A DNA stretch of 64,000 nucleotides from Candidatus Rariloculaceae bacterium (GTDB taxonomy: Bacteria > Pseudomonadota > Gammaproteobacteria > Steroidobacterales > Rariloculaceae): the NCBI GenBank assembly GCA_045561025.1, contig JBJKYM010000014.1, positions 2,030 through 66,029 of the forward strand. The letters run 5' to 3'. The notes under the pieces are model-generated. The model had not been told where the DNA came from. It worked only from the letters and a program-made list of their open reading frames with translations, and made no database searches. Shown here piece by piece: positions 9,710 to 20,237 of the stretch (position 1 is the first letter of the stretch; each line of letters opens with the position of its first letter). The position numbers were made by a program, and so were the translations under genes.

Positions 9710-10090
9710 ATGACGAAACAAAGAATTCACACCGACAGCGCCCCCGCCGCGATTGGGACTTATAGTCAGGCGATTCGCGCCGGAGAGACCGTCTACCTTT
9801 CCGGCCAGATACCCCTTGATCCGCAAACGATGGGGCTGGTCGACGGTGGTGCCGATGTGCAGATCCGTAGGGTATTCGATAACTTGTCAGCCGTCGTTAC
9901 GGCTGCCGGCGGTACGCTTTCCGAGATTGTCCGCTTAACCGTTTATCTGACCGATCTGGGCGACTTCCCGACGGTAAACGATATCATGGCGGAGTACTTC
10001 TCCGAACCCTACCCCGCCCGAGCCGCGATCGGCGTCGCGCAGCTACCCAAGGGTGCGCTGGTCGAGATCGACGCGATCCTCGTTGCCTGA
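9710..10090 (+). CDS. ridA: RidA/YjgF-family enamine/imine deaminase
   Basis: 126 aa. APAAIGxYSQA...GQIPLDP...[20 protein letters not shown]. Confidence 0.9.
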   Translation: MTKQRIHTDSAPAAIGTYSQAIRAGETVYLSGQIPLDPQTMGLVDGGADVQIRRVFDNLSAVVTAAGGTLSEIVRLTVYLTDLGDFPTVNDIMAEYFSEPYPARAAIGVAQLPKGALVEIDAILVA

Positions 10091-10100
10091 ACTCCAGCCG

Positions 10101-12209
10101 GTGGCTCGTACGGCAGCGTCCAGGTCGAATCCCCATTCACAAGGCGGCACGCTGGAGCAATCTGCGGCTGCGCTTCGCGGCGTTGGCCCGCGACTCGCAG
10201 AACGCCTTGCGCGACTGGGCGTGCACACGGTTGGAGATCTGTTGTGCATGCTGCCTGTTCGTTATGAGGACCGAACCGAAGTAAGGCGGCTCGGCAGCCT
10301 TCGTCCCGGTGAGAAGGTGCTCGTAGAGGGTAGGATCGAGTTGACCGAGGTCGTCTATCGGGGGCGGCGCACGATGCTGAGCCGTATCGCCGACGGCAGT
10401 GGCGCGCTCTCTCTGAGATTCTTCTATTTTTCTCGCGCGCAGCAGAATAATCTGCGTCGCGGCGCAACCCTGCGTTGTTTTGGTGAGGTGCGCGTCGGAC
10501 CGACCGGACTGGAGATGGTCCATCCGGAATATCGGGTCGTGGGGCCGGACACCGAGCCGCCCAGCGAGCTGCTTACGCCCGTCTATCCTTCAACAGAGGG
10601 TCTGCACCAGCAGCGGTTGCGCTCGCTCACGGAACAGGCACTCGGTCTGCTGGAGCAGGCTTCGCTGACCGATTATCTCGCGGATCGGTTACCGGTCGGG
10701 ACGCCGAACTTCGAGGACGCACTACGTTTTCTGCACGGTCCACCGCAGGGGACAGCGATTCAGTTATTGATCGAGCGAAACCACCCCTGCCAGTTGCGCA
10801 TCGCCCTCGAAGAACTGGTTGCGCAGCGTTTAAGTTTGCTGCGAATCAACCTGGGGCGGCAGCGTGAGCAGGCGACAATATTGGCGAAAGGCGAGGAGCT
10901 GATTTCGGAGTTTCGCGCGCAGCTTCCGTTCACGTTGACGGGAGCGCAGGATAGATCACTGCAGGCGATTCTCAAGGACCTGCGGCTTGCCACGCCGATG
11001 CACCGGCTATTACAGGGCGATGTCGGATCCGGCAAGACCGTTGTTGCTGCCGCTTCCGCGATAGCCGCAGCGGCGAGTCGTTTGCAGACCGCCGTGATGG
11101 CGCCTACTGAATTGCTGGCGGAGCAGCACTATGCCAGTTTTCAGGGCTGGCTTAAGCCGCTGGGTATCGACGTCGTATGTCTGACCGGATCGATGCCGAA
11201 AGCTGCGCGAGCAGCGGCGCTCGCTGGTGTAACCAGCGGGGACACGCTTGTAGTCGTTGGCACGCACGCGCTGTTTCAGCAGGAGGTTCAGTTTCATAAC
11301 CTCGCGCTGGTCGTTGTCGACGAGCAGCATCGGTTCGGAGTCGATCAGCGTCTCGAACTCAAGCTCAAAGGAAAGGACGGCAAGCTGTCTCCTCATCAAC
11401 TCGTCATGACTGCGACGCCCATTCCACGGACGCTCGCAATGACGGCCTATGCCGATCTCGACTGCTCAATAATCGATGAATTGCCGGCCGGCCGACAGCC
11501 GATTCGCACGGTCGTCATGCCTGAGAGCAAGCGGCCGGAACTCGTACAAAGGGTGCTGGCGCACTGCGAGCGTGGTGAGCAGGCATATTGGGTATGTCCT
11601 CTGATCGAGGAGTCGGAGGCGATAGACTCGCAAGCCGCCGAGCAGCTCGAGCAGGAACTGGTTGAAGCGCTGCCATCTCTCTCGATCGCATTACTGCATG
11701 GTCGAATGAAGTCCTCGGTCAAGGAAAAGGTCATGCGTAGCTTCAAGGCCGGCGAAGTCGCTCTTCTGGTAGCGACTACCGTGATAGAGGTTGGTGTCGA
11801 TGTGCCCAACGCGACGCTAATGGTCGTAGAGAACTCAGAGCGGATGGGGCTCGCACAACTCCATCAGCTTCGTGGTCGAGTTGGTCGCGGCGCGAATGCA
11901 TCGAACTGCGTCCTGCTTTACAAAGCGCCGTTATCCGAGCTCGCGCGGGAACGACTCGGCGTGATGCGAGAAACGACCGACGGCTTCAGGATCGCGCAGA
12001 AGGATCTGCAGCTTCGCGGACCAGGCGAAGTATTGGGTACGCGTCAAACGGGTGTCATGCAACTGAAAATAGCTGATCTCGTGCGTGATGCGCATCTGTT
12101 GCCCGAAGTGATTCGCGTGTCCGATGAGTTGATTGAGAAATACCCACAGCGCGTAGAGCCGCTGATTCGGCGCTGGTTCAGCGGTCAGGTTCGCTACGCT
12201 AAGGTGTAG
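10101..12209 (+). CDS. recG: ATP-dependent DNA helicase RecG
   Basis: Wedge domain plus helicase motifs (GDVGSGKT, DEQHRFG, TATPIPRT, QLHQLRGRVGRG). The start is uncertain. In-frame GTG at 10101 was chosen because the ATG at 10053 would overlap ridA by 38 nt. Confidence 0.88.
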   Translation: MARTAASRSNPHSQGGTLEQSAAALRGVGPRLAERLARLGVHTVGDLLCMLPVRYEDRTEVRRLGSLRPGEKVLVEGRIELTEVVYRGRRTMLSRIADGSGALSLRFFYFSRAQQNNLRRGATLRCFGEVRVGPTGLEMVHPEYRVVGPDTEPPSELLTPVYPSTEGLHQQRLRSLTEQALGLLEQASLTDYLADRLPVGTPNFEDALRFLHGPPQGTAIQLLIERNHPCQLRIALEELVAQRLSLLRINLGRQREQATILAKGEELISEFRAQLPFTLTGAQDRSLQAILKDLRLATPMHRLLQGDVGSGKTVVAAASAIAAAASRLQTAVMAPTELLAEQHYASFQGWLKPLGIDVVCLTGSMPKAARAAALAGVTSGDTLVVVGTHALFQQEVQFHNLALVVVDEQHRFGVDQRLELKLKGKDGKLSPHQLVMTATPIPRTLAMTAYADLDCSIIDELPAGRQPIRTVVMPESKRPELVQRVLAHCERGEQAYWVCPLIEESEAIDSQAAEQLEQELVEALPSLSIALLHGRMKSSVKEKVMRSFKAGEVALLVATTVIEVGVDVPNATLMVVENSERMGLAQLHQLRGRVGRGANASNCVLLYKAPLSELARERLGVMRETTDGFRIAQKDLQLRGPGEVLGTRQTGVMQLKIADLVRDAHLLPEVIRVSDELIEKYPQRVEPLIRRWFSGQVRYAKV

Positions 12210-12220
12210 CTCCTGCTGAC

Positions 12221-12297
12221 CCATCGCGACGAGGCCGTCGCTCCTACGCCTTTCGTGTTGCCTCTATCGCTGTGGGAGCGGCGCCCTGGCCGCGATT
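12221..12297. repeat. Inverted pair of REP-like palindromic elements
   Basis: 12221-12248 ccatcgcgacgaggccgtcgctcctacg is the reverse complement of a GTAGGAGCGACGGCCTCGTCGCGATGG-type unit. 12270-12297 ctgtgggagcggcgccctggccgcgatt is the same unit in forward orientation. Each contains its own GC-rich stem. Confidence 0.5.
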
Positions 12298-12397
12298 TAC
12301 CGCTTATGTTTCCGGTTCGATAATCGGTCGTTGCTACAATGGACTGGCTGTGCCGAGACCGACTTCCAACAACACATCGAAATTTTCTCTCGCTCTG

Positions 12398-13294
12398 ATG
12401 CGGGCACGGGCGGCGCCTTTAACGCCCTATCTGCGGATACTTCTGAAGCAATATGGGGCCTATGCCCGGCTGACCCGGCTGCATAAACCCGTTGGAATAT
12501 GGCTGCTCCTGTGGCCCACGTTATGGGCATTGTGGATCGGTGCCGAAGGCATACCCGAAGGGAGCATCCTGTTCGTCTTCATCTTCGGCACGGTCGTTCT
12601 CCGATCCGCTGGCTGCGTAATCAATGACTACGCAGACCGTTTCATCGACCCACATGTCGAACGAACGCGCGACCGTCCACTGGCGACGGGAGAGGTATCA
12701 ACGGCGGAGGCGTTTATCGTATTCGGCGCTCTGATGTTGATCGGTATGGGGCTCGTTCTGACACTGAATCGGCCAACGCAACTGCTGGCAGTCATCGGTG
12801 CACTGGTGACCGTCGTTTATCCATTTGCCAAGCGATTTATCTCTGCGCCTCAATTCGTTCTGGGTATCGCCTTCTCGTGGGGCGTTCCGATGGCGTTTGC
12901 TGCCCAGCTTGGCGAAGTGCCACGCGTCGGCTGGCTGCTGTTTATCGTCACGATGAGCTGGGTTCTGATCTACGACACCGAGTACGCGATGGTGGACAGG
13001 GACGATGATCTCAAGCTCGGCGTACGCTCGACCGCGATTCTGTTCGGCGATATGGACCGCGTCTTTATCGGCGGTATGCAGGTCATGTTTCTGGTGGGGC
13101 TTTTCCTGGTCGGGCAAACGGCTGAACTTGGAAGCTGGTTTCTGATTTCGCTTGTACCAGTCGCTCTGCTGATGCTCTACCAGCAGCACTTGATCAAAGA
13201 GCGGGATCCGAAGCGGTGCTTCATCGCCTTTCTCAATAACGCCTGGGCGGGTGGCCTCGTATTCGTGGGCATTGCACTAAACTACTTCTTCTAG
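12398..13294 (+). CDS. ubiA: 4-hydroxybenzoate polyprenyltransferase
   Basis: UbiA prenyltransferase motifs (NDYADRxxD, YDTxYAMVDRDDD) and multiple TM segments. ATG 12398 was chosen because the upstream GTG at 12272 lies inside the REP element. Confidence 0.9.
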   Translation: MRARAAPLTPYLRILLKQYGAYARLTRLHKPVGIWLLLWPTLWALWIGAEGIPEGSILFVFIFGTVVLRSAGCVINDYADRFIDPHVERTRDRPLATGEVSTAEAFIVFGALMLIGMGLVLTLNRPTQLLAVIGALVTVVYPFAKRFISAPQFVLGIAFSWGVPMAFAAQLGEVPRVGWLLFIVTMSWVLIYDTEYAMVDRDDDLKLGVRSTAILFGDMDRVFIGGMQVMFLVGLFLVGQTAELGSWFLISLVPVALLMLYQQHLIKERDPKRCFIAFLNNAWAGGLVFVGIALNYFF

Positions 13295-13301
13295 ATCCCG
13301 G

Positions 13302-13994
13302 CTAGAGTGTTCGGGCCACGGACCAGGCCTGAACGTTGCGTGCACCCGCTGAATAGAGTGCGTCGGCCAGCGCATTGACGGTCGCACCCGTCGTGATGAA
13401 GTCGTCCACAACTGCGATACGTAGACCCCGCAGATCGCGGGATACGGAAAACGCACCCGTCACGCTTGCCTGTCTCTCGTTGATATCGAGTTCGGACTGT
13501 GGGCGAGTCTCGCGTGCTCGACGGATACCGGCGATCAACAGCGGGATCGCGAGTTCTGTGGATATCGCTCGGGCTATCTCAAGCGATTGACTGAAGCCAC
13601 GCTGGCGGAGCCGCCTGCGATGAAGCGGGACCGCAACGAGGGCGTCGATCTCCCGGAGATTTGCTCGGCTGGGCAGATGTTCGGCCAGGAGGAGGCCGAG
13701 CGCACGGCCGTTCAGTCGTCGCCGCGAGTACTTCATAGCGTGGATCTCGGTCGATAAAGGAAACTCGTATCGCAGTGGCACAACGACGCGCTCGAGGAGC
13801 CAACGGTTGGTCTCCCGGGGGCAACGCCGAACCGGCTGCGTCAGTCCGCATCCCGCGCAGGGGTTCTCTACGATTGCGAACTCGTCACGACAACTCGCGC
13901 AGAAGCCGCGCGCCGGTTGTTCCAGGCACAGACCACAGTGTTCTGGCAGCAAATAATCCAGCACAGTGTTGTAAACTTCTGATACCGATGTCAC
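13302..13994 (-). CDS. comF: ComF-family protein (phosphoribosyltransferase domain)
   Basis: N-terminal Cys-rich motif (CGLC...CxxC...CxxCG) and C-terminal PRTase motif VVDDFITTGAT. GTG 13994 was chosen because the longer ORF would overlap the bioB start. Confidence 0.75.
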   Translation of the reverse strand: MTSVSEVYNTVLDYLLPEHCGLCLEQPARGFCASCRDEFAIVENPCAGCGLTQPVRRCPRETNRWLLERVVVPLRYEFPLSTEIHAMKYSRRRLNGRALGLLLAEHLPSRANLREIDALVAVPLHRRRLRQRGFSQSLEIARAISTELAIPLLIAGIRRARETRPQSELDINERQASVTGAFSVSRDLRGLRIAVVDDFITTGATVNALADALYSAGARNVQAWSVARTL

Positions 13995-14067
13995 TTGACA
14001 GCCTCCCGTCGAGCGTTCGTGAAGCTGAACTATCGTCCGTCCACCGGGGTCAGGAAGCGAGCACACT

Positions 14068-15105
14068 ATGTCTGCGACAGTTACAGAAATTCGATCCGTG
14101 TCGACTGATGCGCTGCAGCTGGGGGAGCGGAATCTTTCGAGTCGGCCACGCAATGACTGGACTCGGGATGAGATTGCCGGACTGTTCGAGCTACCGTTCA
14201 ACGACCTTCTCTATGCGGCACAGTGGGTACACCGGCAGGTCTTCGATCCGAACGAAATTCAGGTCTCAACGCTTCTGTCGATCAAGACCGGTGCCTGCCC
14301 CGAGGATTGCGCCTACTGTCCGCAGAGCGTGCGTTACGATGCGGGCGTGGAGGTCGAGGCGCTGATGTCCGTTGCCGCCGTGACCGAGGCGGCGCGCAAA
14401 GCCAGGGACGCGGGCGCCACGCGATTCTGCCTCGGTGCGGCTTATCGAGGACCCAGAGATCAGCATGTCGAACAGATCAGCGAAATGATCCGCGAGGTGC
14501 GCGCACTGGGTCTTGAGACCTGCGCGACGCTGGGGCTGCTGTCGGGTAGCCAGGCGACGACGCTGGCCGACGCGGGTCTGGACTACTACAACCACAATAT
14601 CGATACGTCACCGGAGTTCTATTCCGAAATCATCACAACGCGATGTTTCGAGGATCGCCTGGAAACCCTGGCCCACGTCCGCGATGCAGGTATGAAAGTC
14701 TGCTGTGGCGGAATACTCGGTATGGGAGAGACACGCGACGACCGGGTCGGTCTGCTGCAAGCGCTCGCCACCATGCCGACGCAGCCCGAGAGCGTTCCGA
14801 TTAATCAGCTCGTCCCCGTTCCAGGAACGCCGCTGGCCGACGCAGATCCTGTAGACGGGCTGGAGTTCGTGCGTACGATTGCCGTAGCGAGAATTCTTAT
14901 GCCGGAGGCTCATGTTCGCCTGTCGGCAGGCCGCAGCGACCTCAGCGATGAGTTGCAGGCGATGTGTTTCGCTGCGGGCGCAAACTCGATCTTCTACGGG
15001 GAAAAGCTGCTGACGACAGGTAATCCCGATACGCGTGCCGATCAGGCTCTGTTCGAGCGTCTGGGCCTGCGGCCAGAGCCAGCGCAAGTCCCCGCGACGC
15101 CGTAA
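14068..15105 (+). CDS. bioB: Biotin synthase
   Basis: Radical-SAM motif [19 protein letters not shown], and [10 protein letters not shown]. Confidence 0.95.
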   Translation: MSATVTEIRSVSTDALQLGERNLSSRPRNDWTRDEIAGLFELPFNDLLYAAQWVHRQVFDPNEIQVSTLLSIKTGACPEDCAYCPQSVRYDAGVEVEALMSVAAVTEAARKARDAGATRFCLGAAYRGPRDQHVEQISEMIREVRALGLETCATLGLLSGSQATTLADAGLDYYNHNIDTSPEFYSEIITTRCFEDRLETLAHVRDAGMKVCCGGILGMGETRDDRVGLLQALATMPTQPESVPINQLVPVPGTPLADADPVDGLEFVRTIAVARILMPEAHVRLSAGRSDLSDELQAMCFAAGANSIFYGEKLLTTGNPDTRADQALFERLGLRPEPAQVPATP

Positions 15106-15127
15106 GCAACGGTTCGGAGTCTCCGCG

Positions 15128-16003
15128 ATGAGCAACCCGACTCCGATCGGCCTGCCCGAGCCGGTAGCGGCCGCGAAGCGCTTCGAGCGGGTGGCCGTGG
15201 GCTTCGATGAGGCGGATTTCGTTCACGCGGAAGCGAGACGGAGATTGCTGGAACGTCTGCAGATGATGCGGCTGGATCCGCGTACCGTTCTCGATCTCGG
15301 TTCGGCAACGGCTAAGGCGAGTATTGCGCTCGCGGAGGCGTTTCCGGGCGCCCGCGTCGTCGCCGTCGACCGCAGTCTGAGTATGCTCGGTCGTGCCGCG
15401 CAGCGAGCTGACGATCGATTCGACCTGCTTGCTGCCGACGCAGAGCGACTGCCGTTTCCTGATCACAGTATCGACCTGCTCTTCTCCAATCTTCTGCTGC
15501 CCTGGTGCAGGCCTGATCAGTTATTCGCTGAGGCGGCGCGTGTGCTGACGGAAGGCGGGCTCTTCAGTTTCACGACCGTCGGGCCCGATACGCTGGCGGA
15601 AGTCAGACAGGCGTGGACAGGCGTCGACGACGACATTCATGTACACGGCTTTATCGACATGCACGATCTCGGCGACCTCGTAGTGAGGGCCGGTCTCACC
15701 GAGCCGGTGATGGACGTCGACCGGCTGCAGGTGACCTATACCGACGTCGAGCCGTTGGTCGCTGATCTACGCTCATGTGGGGCCGCCAACGTCGCGGCGG
15801 GTCGCCGCGAGACGTTAACCGGGCGTGGTCGCTGGGCCAGTTTTCGCGATGCCCTGGTATCGAGCGGCGTCGATGGCCGTTTTGCCGTGACCGTCGAGCT
15901 GATCTTCGGGCAGGCCTGGGGCAGCGGCGCGCCGCGTCAGCAAAAGCGCGGAGAGGCGAGGTTTTCTCTCGCGGAGATGGAGCGGCAGATCGGCCAGAGT
16001 TAG
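15128..16003 (+). CDS. bioC: Malonyl-ACP O-methyltransferase (BioC-like class I methyltransferase)
   Basis: Collinear with E. coli BioC as I remember it (F.R.A..Y...A..Q; AADAERLPF...DLLFSNLLLPWC; FTTVGPDTLAEVRQAW). It directly follows bioB. Motif I is atypical (LDLGSATA). Confidence 0.75.
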   Translation: MSNPTPIGLPEPVAAAKRFERVAVGFDEADFVHAEARRRLLERLQMMRLDPRTVLDLGSATAKASIALAEAFPGARVVAVDRSLSMLGRAAQRADDRFDLLAADAERLPFPDHSIDLLFSNLLLPWCRPDQLFAEAARVLTEGGLFSFTTVGPDTLAEVRQAWTGVDDDIHVHGFIDMHDLGDLVVRAGLTEPVMDVDRLQVTYTDVEPLVADLRSCGAANVAAGRRETLTGRGRWASFRDALVSSGVDGRFAVTVELIFGQAWGSGAPRQQKRGEARFSLAEMERQIGQS

Positions 16004-16152
16004 CGTGGGATTTGCGTCATCGCGGCCGCGGCGCCGGGCTCGATTCTGCTACAATTCCGCCTACGGCAATTGCGCCGCTCCCATCGAGAGCGAAGCCTGT
16101 CCCGGACAGGCATCCGCAAGATCAAACAGAGACACTCGTGCAATTGGACATA

Positions 16153-17118
16153 ATGTTTCGGCGCCTGGCGCGCGCGGGTAACGTGCTGGCGCTATTCGTT
16201 GTCGTTATCGGCGCCTGGGTTCGGCTGACCGATGCCGGTCTCGGTTGTCCTGACTGGCCGGGGTGCTATGGGCAGCTGATTCTGACCGGCGACGTAGCGG
16301 AGCAGGCACAGCTGGCAGCGGACTTTCCCGAGCGCCCGCTCGATGCCGGAAAGGCGTGGCGCGAGATGTTTCATCGCTATCTCGCTACGACGTTAGGGTT
16401 CGTTTGCCTGTTGCTCGCCGCGGTCGCCTGGTTCAATCGTCGCGACCCGGAGCAGCCGACGCGGATGCCATTCGTGTTGCTCGGAGTCGTTATATTTCAA
16501 GGACTTCTCGGTATGTGGACGGTGACGCTGTTGCTGAAGCCCGTCATCGTCATGGCCCATCTCTTGGGCGGTCTGACGACGCTGGGGCTCCTGTCGTGGC
16601 TGTCTCGCTGGCGGCCGAGGCTGACCGTGCGCAGCGAGGTGCCCGCTAGGCTTGGAATCATCGCGGCGCTCGTTCTGGTCGGCCAGATCGCGCTTGGGGG
16701 CTGGACGAGTGCGAACTATGCGGCTTTGGCCTGTCCGGACTTCCCGACCTGCCAGACACGCTGGTGGCCGCCGCTGATGGATTTCCAGGAAGGCTTCGTC
16801 ATGTGGCGTGGCCTTGGTGTCGACTATGAGGGCGGAGTGCTGGATAATCCGGCGCGCGTTGCAATCCATTTTACGCACCGGCTCGGCGCCATCCTTGCCG
16901 TTGCCGTAATCGGTTTTTTTGGATTTCGCCTGTTTCGGCAGGCGCGTACGAAACCGGACGGTATGGCGATAATCGTAGCGCTGCTGACGCAGCTGCTGCT
17001 CGGCGCAAGTATCGTACTTTTCGGTGTTCCATTGGCAGTGGCGGTCGGACACAATGGTGTCGCTGCTTTACTATTACTGACGGTTCTCAATGCTAACCAA
17101 CGAATTAACCAGTCCTAG
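16153..17118 (+). CDS. ctaA: Haem A synthase (COX15/CtaA)
   Basis: [18 protein letters not shown], conserved His in TM helices (HRYLA, HLLGG, HFTHRL), 8 predicted TM segments. ATG 16153 was chosen. Confidence 0.85.
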   Translation: MFRRLARAGNVLALFVVVIGAWVRLTDAGLGCPDWPGCYGQLILTGDVAEQAQLAADFPERPLDAGKAWREMFHRYLATTLGFVCLLLAAVAWFNRRDPEQPTRMPFVLLGVVIFQGLLGMWTVTLLLKPVIVMAHLLGGLTTLGLLSWLSRWRPRLTVRSEVPARLGIIAALVLVGQIALGGWTSANYAALACPDFPTCQTRWWPPLMDFQEGFVMWRGLGVDYEGGVLDNPARVAIHFTHRLGAILAVAVIGFFGFRLFRQARTKPDGMAIIVALLTQLLLGASIVLFGVPLAVAVGHNGVAALLLLTVLNANQRINQS

Positions 17119-18004
17119 GCGTCCGTATCTCGCCATCTGGCGCGATTATTACACGCTGACCAAGCCCCGCGTCATTCAGCTGCTCGTGTTTACAGCTGTT
17201 GTGGGGATGTTCCTCGCTACGCCCGGGATGGTGCCTCTGGATATACTCGTCTTCGCAAGCCTGGGGATCGGGTTGGCCGCGTCTTCCGGGGCTGTCGTCA
17301 ACCATGTGCTGGATCAGCGTATCGACGCGCAGATGACACGGACGCGGGAGCGCCCGCTGCCCACAGGAAGGATACGAGACCGCGATGCGTTCATTTTCGC
17401 GCTTGTGCTCGGCTTTGCCGGACTGACCATTCTCACGACACTCGTGAACCCGCTGACGGCTGTACTGACATTTTTCTCTCTGATCGGCTATGCCGTTATC
17501 TACACCGTATTTCTGAAGCGAGCGACACCGCAAAACATCGTGATTGGTGGTGCGGCCGGCGCGGCTCCACCGCTGCTGGGCTGGGCGGCCGTGACGAATG
17601 AGGTCAGCGGTTACGCCATTCTGCTGTTCCTGATCATCTTCACCTGGACACCGCCGCACTTCTGGGCGCTGGCGATTGCCCGCAAGGATGACTACGAGAA
17701 GGCCGGGATTCCGATGCTACCCGTGACACACGGTATCGAGAGCACGAAGTCCTTCGTATTGTCTTACACCGTTCTGCTGGTGCTGGTCTCCGTGTTGCCG
17801 TATCTGACCGGTATGAGCGGGCTGCTGTATCTCTTCGGCGCTCTGCTCCTGGGCGGCGGGTTCCTCTATTACTCTCTGCGACTGAAGCTCAGCAATCGTG
17901 ACGATATTCCGATGAAGACCTTCGCCTACTCGATCACCTATCTGATGGCGCTATTCAGCTTTCTACTGGCCGACCACTACATTCCGACGTTCTGGCCCGA
18001 GTAG
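17090..18004 (+). CDS. ctaB: Protohaem IX farnesyltransferase (haem O synthase)
   Basis: YxxLTKPRV, NHxxDxxID..MxRTxxRPL, and [10 protein letters not shown] motifs. Overlaps ctaA by 29 nt. Confidence 0.9.
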   Translation: MLTNELTSPRRPYLAIWRDYYTLTKPRVIQLLVFTAVVGMFLATPGMVPLDILVFASLGIGLAASSGAVVNHVLDQRIDAQMTRTRERPLPTGRIRDRDAFIFALVLGFAGLTILTTLVNPLTAVLTFFSLIGYAVIYTVFLKRATPQNIVIGGAAGAAPPLLGWAAVTNEVSGYAILLFLIIFTWTPPHFWALAIARKDDYEKAGIPMLPVTHGIESTKSFVLSYTVLLVLVSVLPYLTGMSGLLYLFGALLLGGGFLYYSLRLKLSNRDDIPMKTFAYSITYLMALFSFLLADHYIPTFWPE

Positions 18005-18052
18005 CCGACCAGCCGCAGCACGCTCCTGACCGCACGATCCAGTGTACTAAGG

Positions 18053-20206
18053 ATGGACGTCACCGAAATCATCGATCCGCTGAATGATGTGCAGCGTGAT
18101 GCCGTTACCGCAGCGCACAAGCCGACGCTCGTACTCGCAGGCGCCGGTAGCGGTAAGACCCGTGTCCTTGTGCACCGAATCGCCTGGCTGATCCGTGTCG
18201 ATGGTATCGCACCGCAACAACTTCTGGCCGTAACGTTTACGAATAAAGCAGCGGCCGAGATGCGGCAGCGAATCGAGGCTTTACTCGGGTTTCCAACCCG
18301 CCACTTCTGGATCGGTACCTTCCACGGGCTTGCGCATCGTTTGCTGCGTATACATTGGAGTGAAGCTGGACTAGCGGAAAGTTTTCAGATCATGGACTCC
18401 GCCGATCAGCAGCGAATGATCCGCCGCATGATACGAGATCTGGAACTCGACGAGCATGAATGGGAACCGAAGGAAATTCAGTGGTTCATTAATGCGCAAA
18501 AAGACGAGGGGCTGCGTCCTTCGCAGATGGACGACGAAGGTAACGCCGGACGCCGGCAGATGATCGACCTCTATGCTCGCTATGAGAAGGCTTGCGCGGA
18601 CTCATCGGTCGTCGATTTTGCTGAGTTGTTATTGCGGGCACTGGAGTTACTACAGCAGAACAGCGCGTTGCTGGCCCAGTATCAGGAACGATTTAAACAT
18701 CTGCTCGTCGATGAGTTTCAGGATACCAATGCTATTCAATACAACTGGCTGAAGTTGCTCGCGGGCAAGACCGGGACGCCGTTCGTCGTTGGTGACGACG
18801 ATCAATCGATTTATCGGTGGCGTGGTGCCCGCGTGGAGAACCTCTACCGCTACCAGAAACACTTTCCCGGCACAGAGGTGATACGTCTCGAGCAGAACTA
18901 CCGTTCGAGCGGGACGATTCTGAAGGCAGCAAACGCGATCATTTCGAATAACAGCGGGCGTCTCGGAAAGAACCTTTGGACCGATGGCGATGACGGCGAG
19001 CCCATTCGCCTATACGCGGCTTTTAACGAGCGCGACGAAGCTGACTTCGTGGTTAATCGTATCCGCGACCACGTTGCGCAGGGAAACTCGCGAAGTGAAG
19101 CGGCCGTCCTGTATCGATCGAATGCGCAATCCAGGGTGTTCGAGGAGAACCTGCTTGCCGCAGGAATACCCTATCGTGTCTACGGCGGTCTGCGATTTTT
19201 CGAGCGAGCTGAGATTAAGGATGCGCTTGCCTACCTGAGATTGATTGCGAATCGAGATGACGACCCATCGTTCGAAAGAGTGGCGAACACGCCGACACGC
19301 GGTGTCGGCGCGCGAACGATGGACGTGGTGCGCCAGCACGCCCGTGAGGCCGGCTTGAGTCTCTGGCGCGCCGCGGGCGCGGTCATTGCAGAGGACGCAA
19401 TTGCAAAACGATCCAGCAAGGCGCTGTGGGCATTTCTGAATCTGGTAAATCGATTGGACTCGGAAACACAGAATCTCTCTCTCCACGATCAGGTAAGAGC
19501 GGTTACCGAGGCAAGTGGCTTGATAGCGCATCACGGACGCGACGGCCAGATGGGCGGCGAAGCCCGGGTTGAGAACCTCGAGGAACTTGTCAGTGCCGCG
19601 CAGGGCGTCATTCAGGATGAAGATTCCGAGATGCCACCGCTGGCCGAGTTTCTTTCCTATGCGGTGCTGGAGTCGGGCGACGTGCAGGCGGAGGAGTATG
19701 AAGACAGCGTGCAGTTGATGACGTTGCACTCAGCGAAAGGTCTGGAGTTTCCGCTGGTTTTCCTCTGCGGCCTGGAGGACGGCCTGTTCCCGCACCAGCG
19801 CTCCCTAACGGACTCTGATGGTCTCGAAGAAGAGCGCCGTCTTTGCTACGTTGGTCTGACGCGCGCGCAGGAACAGATCTACCTGACCTATGCCGAGCAG
19901 CGGCGCCTCTATGGGACGGACAATTACGGTACGCCATCACGGTTTATTCAGGAAATTCCCGAAGAATTCCTCGAGGAGGTGAGGCCGGTACTATCCGTAT
20001 CACGGCCGATATACAGGCCTTCGCAGTCGCTGGAGAGCGAGGCGTCGCCTATGCGTCTGGGTCAGCGAGTTCGGCATGGAAGATTCGGTGATGGCGTGGT
20101 GCTGAACTCCGAAGGCAGTGGCGCCCATGCGCGAGTCCAGGTCAATTTTGAGAACGCCGGCACAAAATGGCTTGTTCTTGCATATGCCAAGCTGGAACTG
20201 ATGTAG
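18053..20206 (+). CDS. uvrD: DNA helicase II (UvrD/Rep superfamily 1)
   Basis: LNDxQRxAV, AGAGSGKTRVL, VDEFQDTN, NYRS, TLHSAKGLEF, and RRLCYVGLTRA motifs. Confidence 0.9.
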   Translation: MDVTEIIDPLNDVQRDAVTAAHKPTLVLAGAGSGKTRVLVHRIAWLIRVDGIAPQQLLAVTFTNKAAAEMRQRIEALLGFPTRHFWIGTFHGLAHRLLRIHWSEAGLAESFQIMDSADQQRMIRRMIRDLELDEHEWEPKEIQWFINAQKDEGLRPSQMDDEGNAGRRQMIDLYARYEKACADSSVVDFAELLLRALELLQQNSALLAQYQERFKHLLVDEFQDTNAIQYNWLKLLAGKTGTPFVVGDDDQSIYRWRGARVENLYRYQKHFPGTEVIRLEQNYRSSGTILKAANAIISNNSGRLGKNLWTDGDDGEPIRLYAAFNERDEADFVVNRIRDHVAQGNSRSEAAVLYRSNAQSRVFEENLLAAGIPYRVYGGLRFFERAEIKDALAYLRLIANRDDDPSFERVANTPTRGVGARTMDVVRQHAREAGLSLWRAAGAVIAEDAIAKRSSKALWAFLNLVNRLDSETQNLSLHDQVRAVTEASGLIAHHGRDGQMGGEARVENLEELVSAAQGVIQDEDSEMPPLAEFLSYAVLESGDVQAEEYEDSVQLMTLHSAKGLEFPLVFLCGLEDGLFPHQRSLTDSDGLEEERRLCYVGLTRAQEQIYLTYAEQRRLYGTDNYGTPSRFIQEIPEEFLEEVRPVLSVSRPIYRPSQSLESEASPMRLGQRVRHGRFGDGVVLNSEGSGAHARVQVNFENAGTKWLVLAYAKLELM

Positions 20207-20237
20207 ACTACGCGCGTTTTTCGTGCGGCATCCCACA

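Noticed and set aside
12272-12397. Upstream start codons offered by the ORF track for ubiA (12272), recG (10053), comF (14201), bioC (15035), ctaA (15775), cytochrome c4 (50205), argD (58301), gene X (60450), the NRDE gene (63588), the DUF4159 gene (32618), the TPR gene (23030) and the cox small protein (33890).
   Set aside because: The extensions overlap the preceding gene or a REP element and carry no homology. Internal ATG/GTG codons that abut or minimally overlap the upstream gene give protein lengths typical for each family.
13995-14067. Searched the comF-bioB spacer for a BirA operator (TTGTAAACC-N14-16-GGTTTACAA type palindrome).
   Set aside because: No such inverted repeat is visible by eye in the 73-bp spacer, so no feature is claimed.
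16095-16111. Perfect palindrome gcctgtcc-c-ggacaggc downstream of bioC, considered as a terminator.
   Set aside because: No T-run follows on the plus strand, and ctaA begins about 40 nt later. This could be a simple stem-loop or chance, and the evidence is too weak to call.
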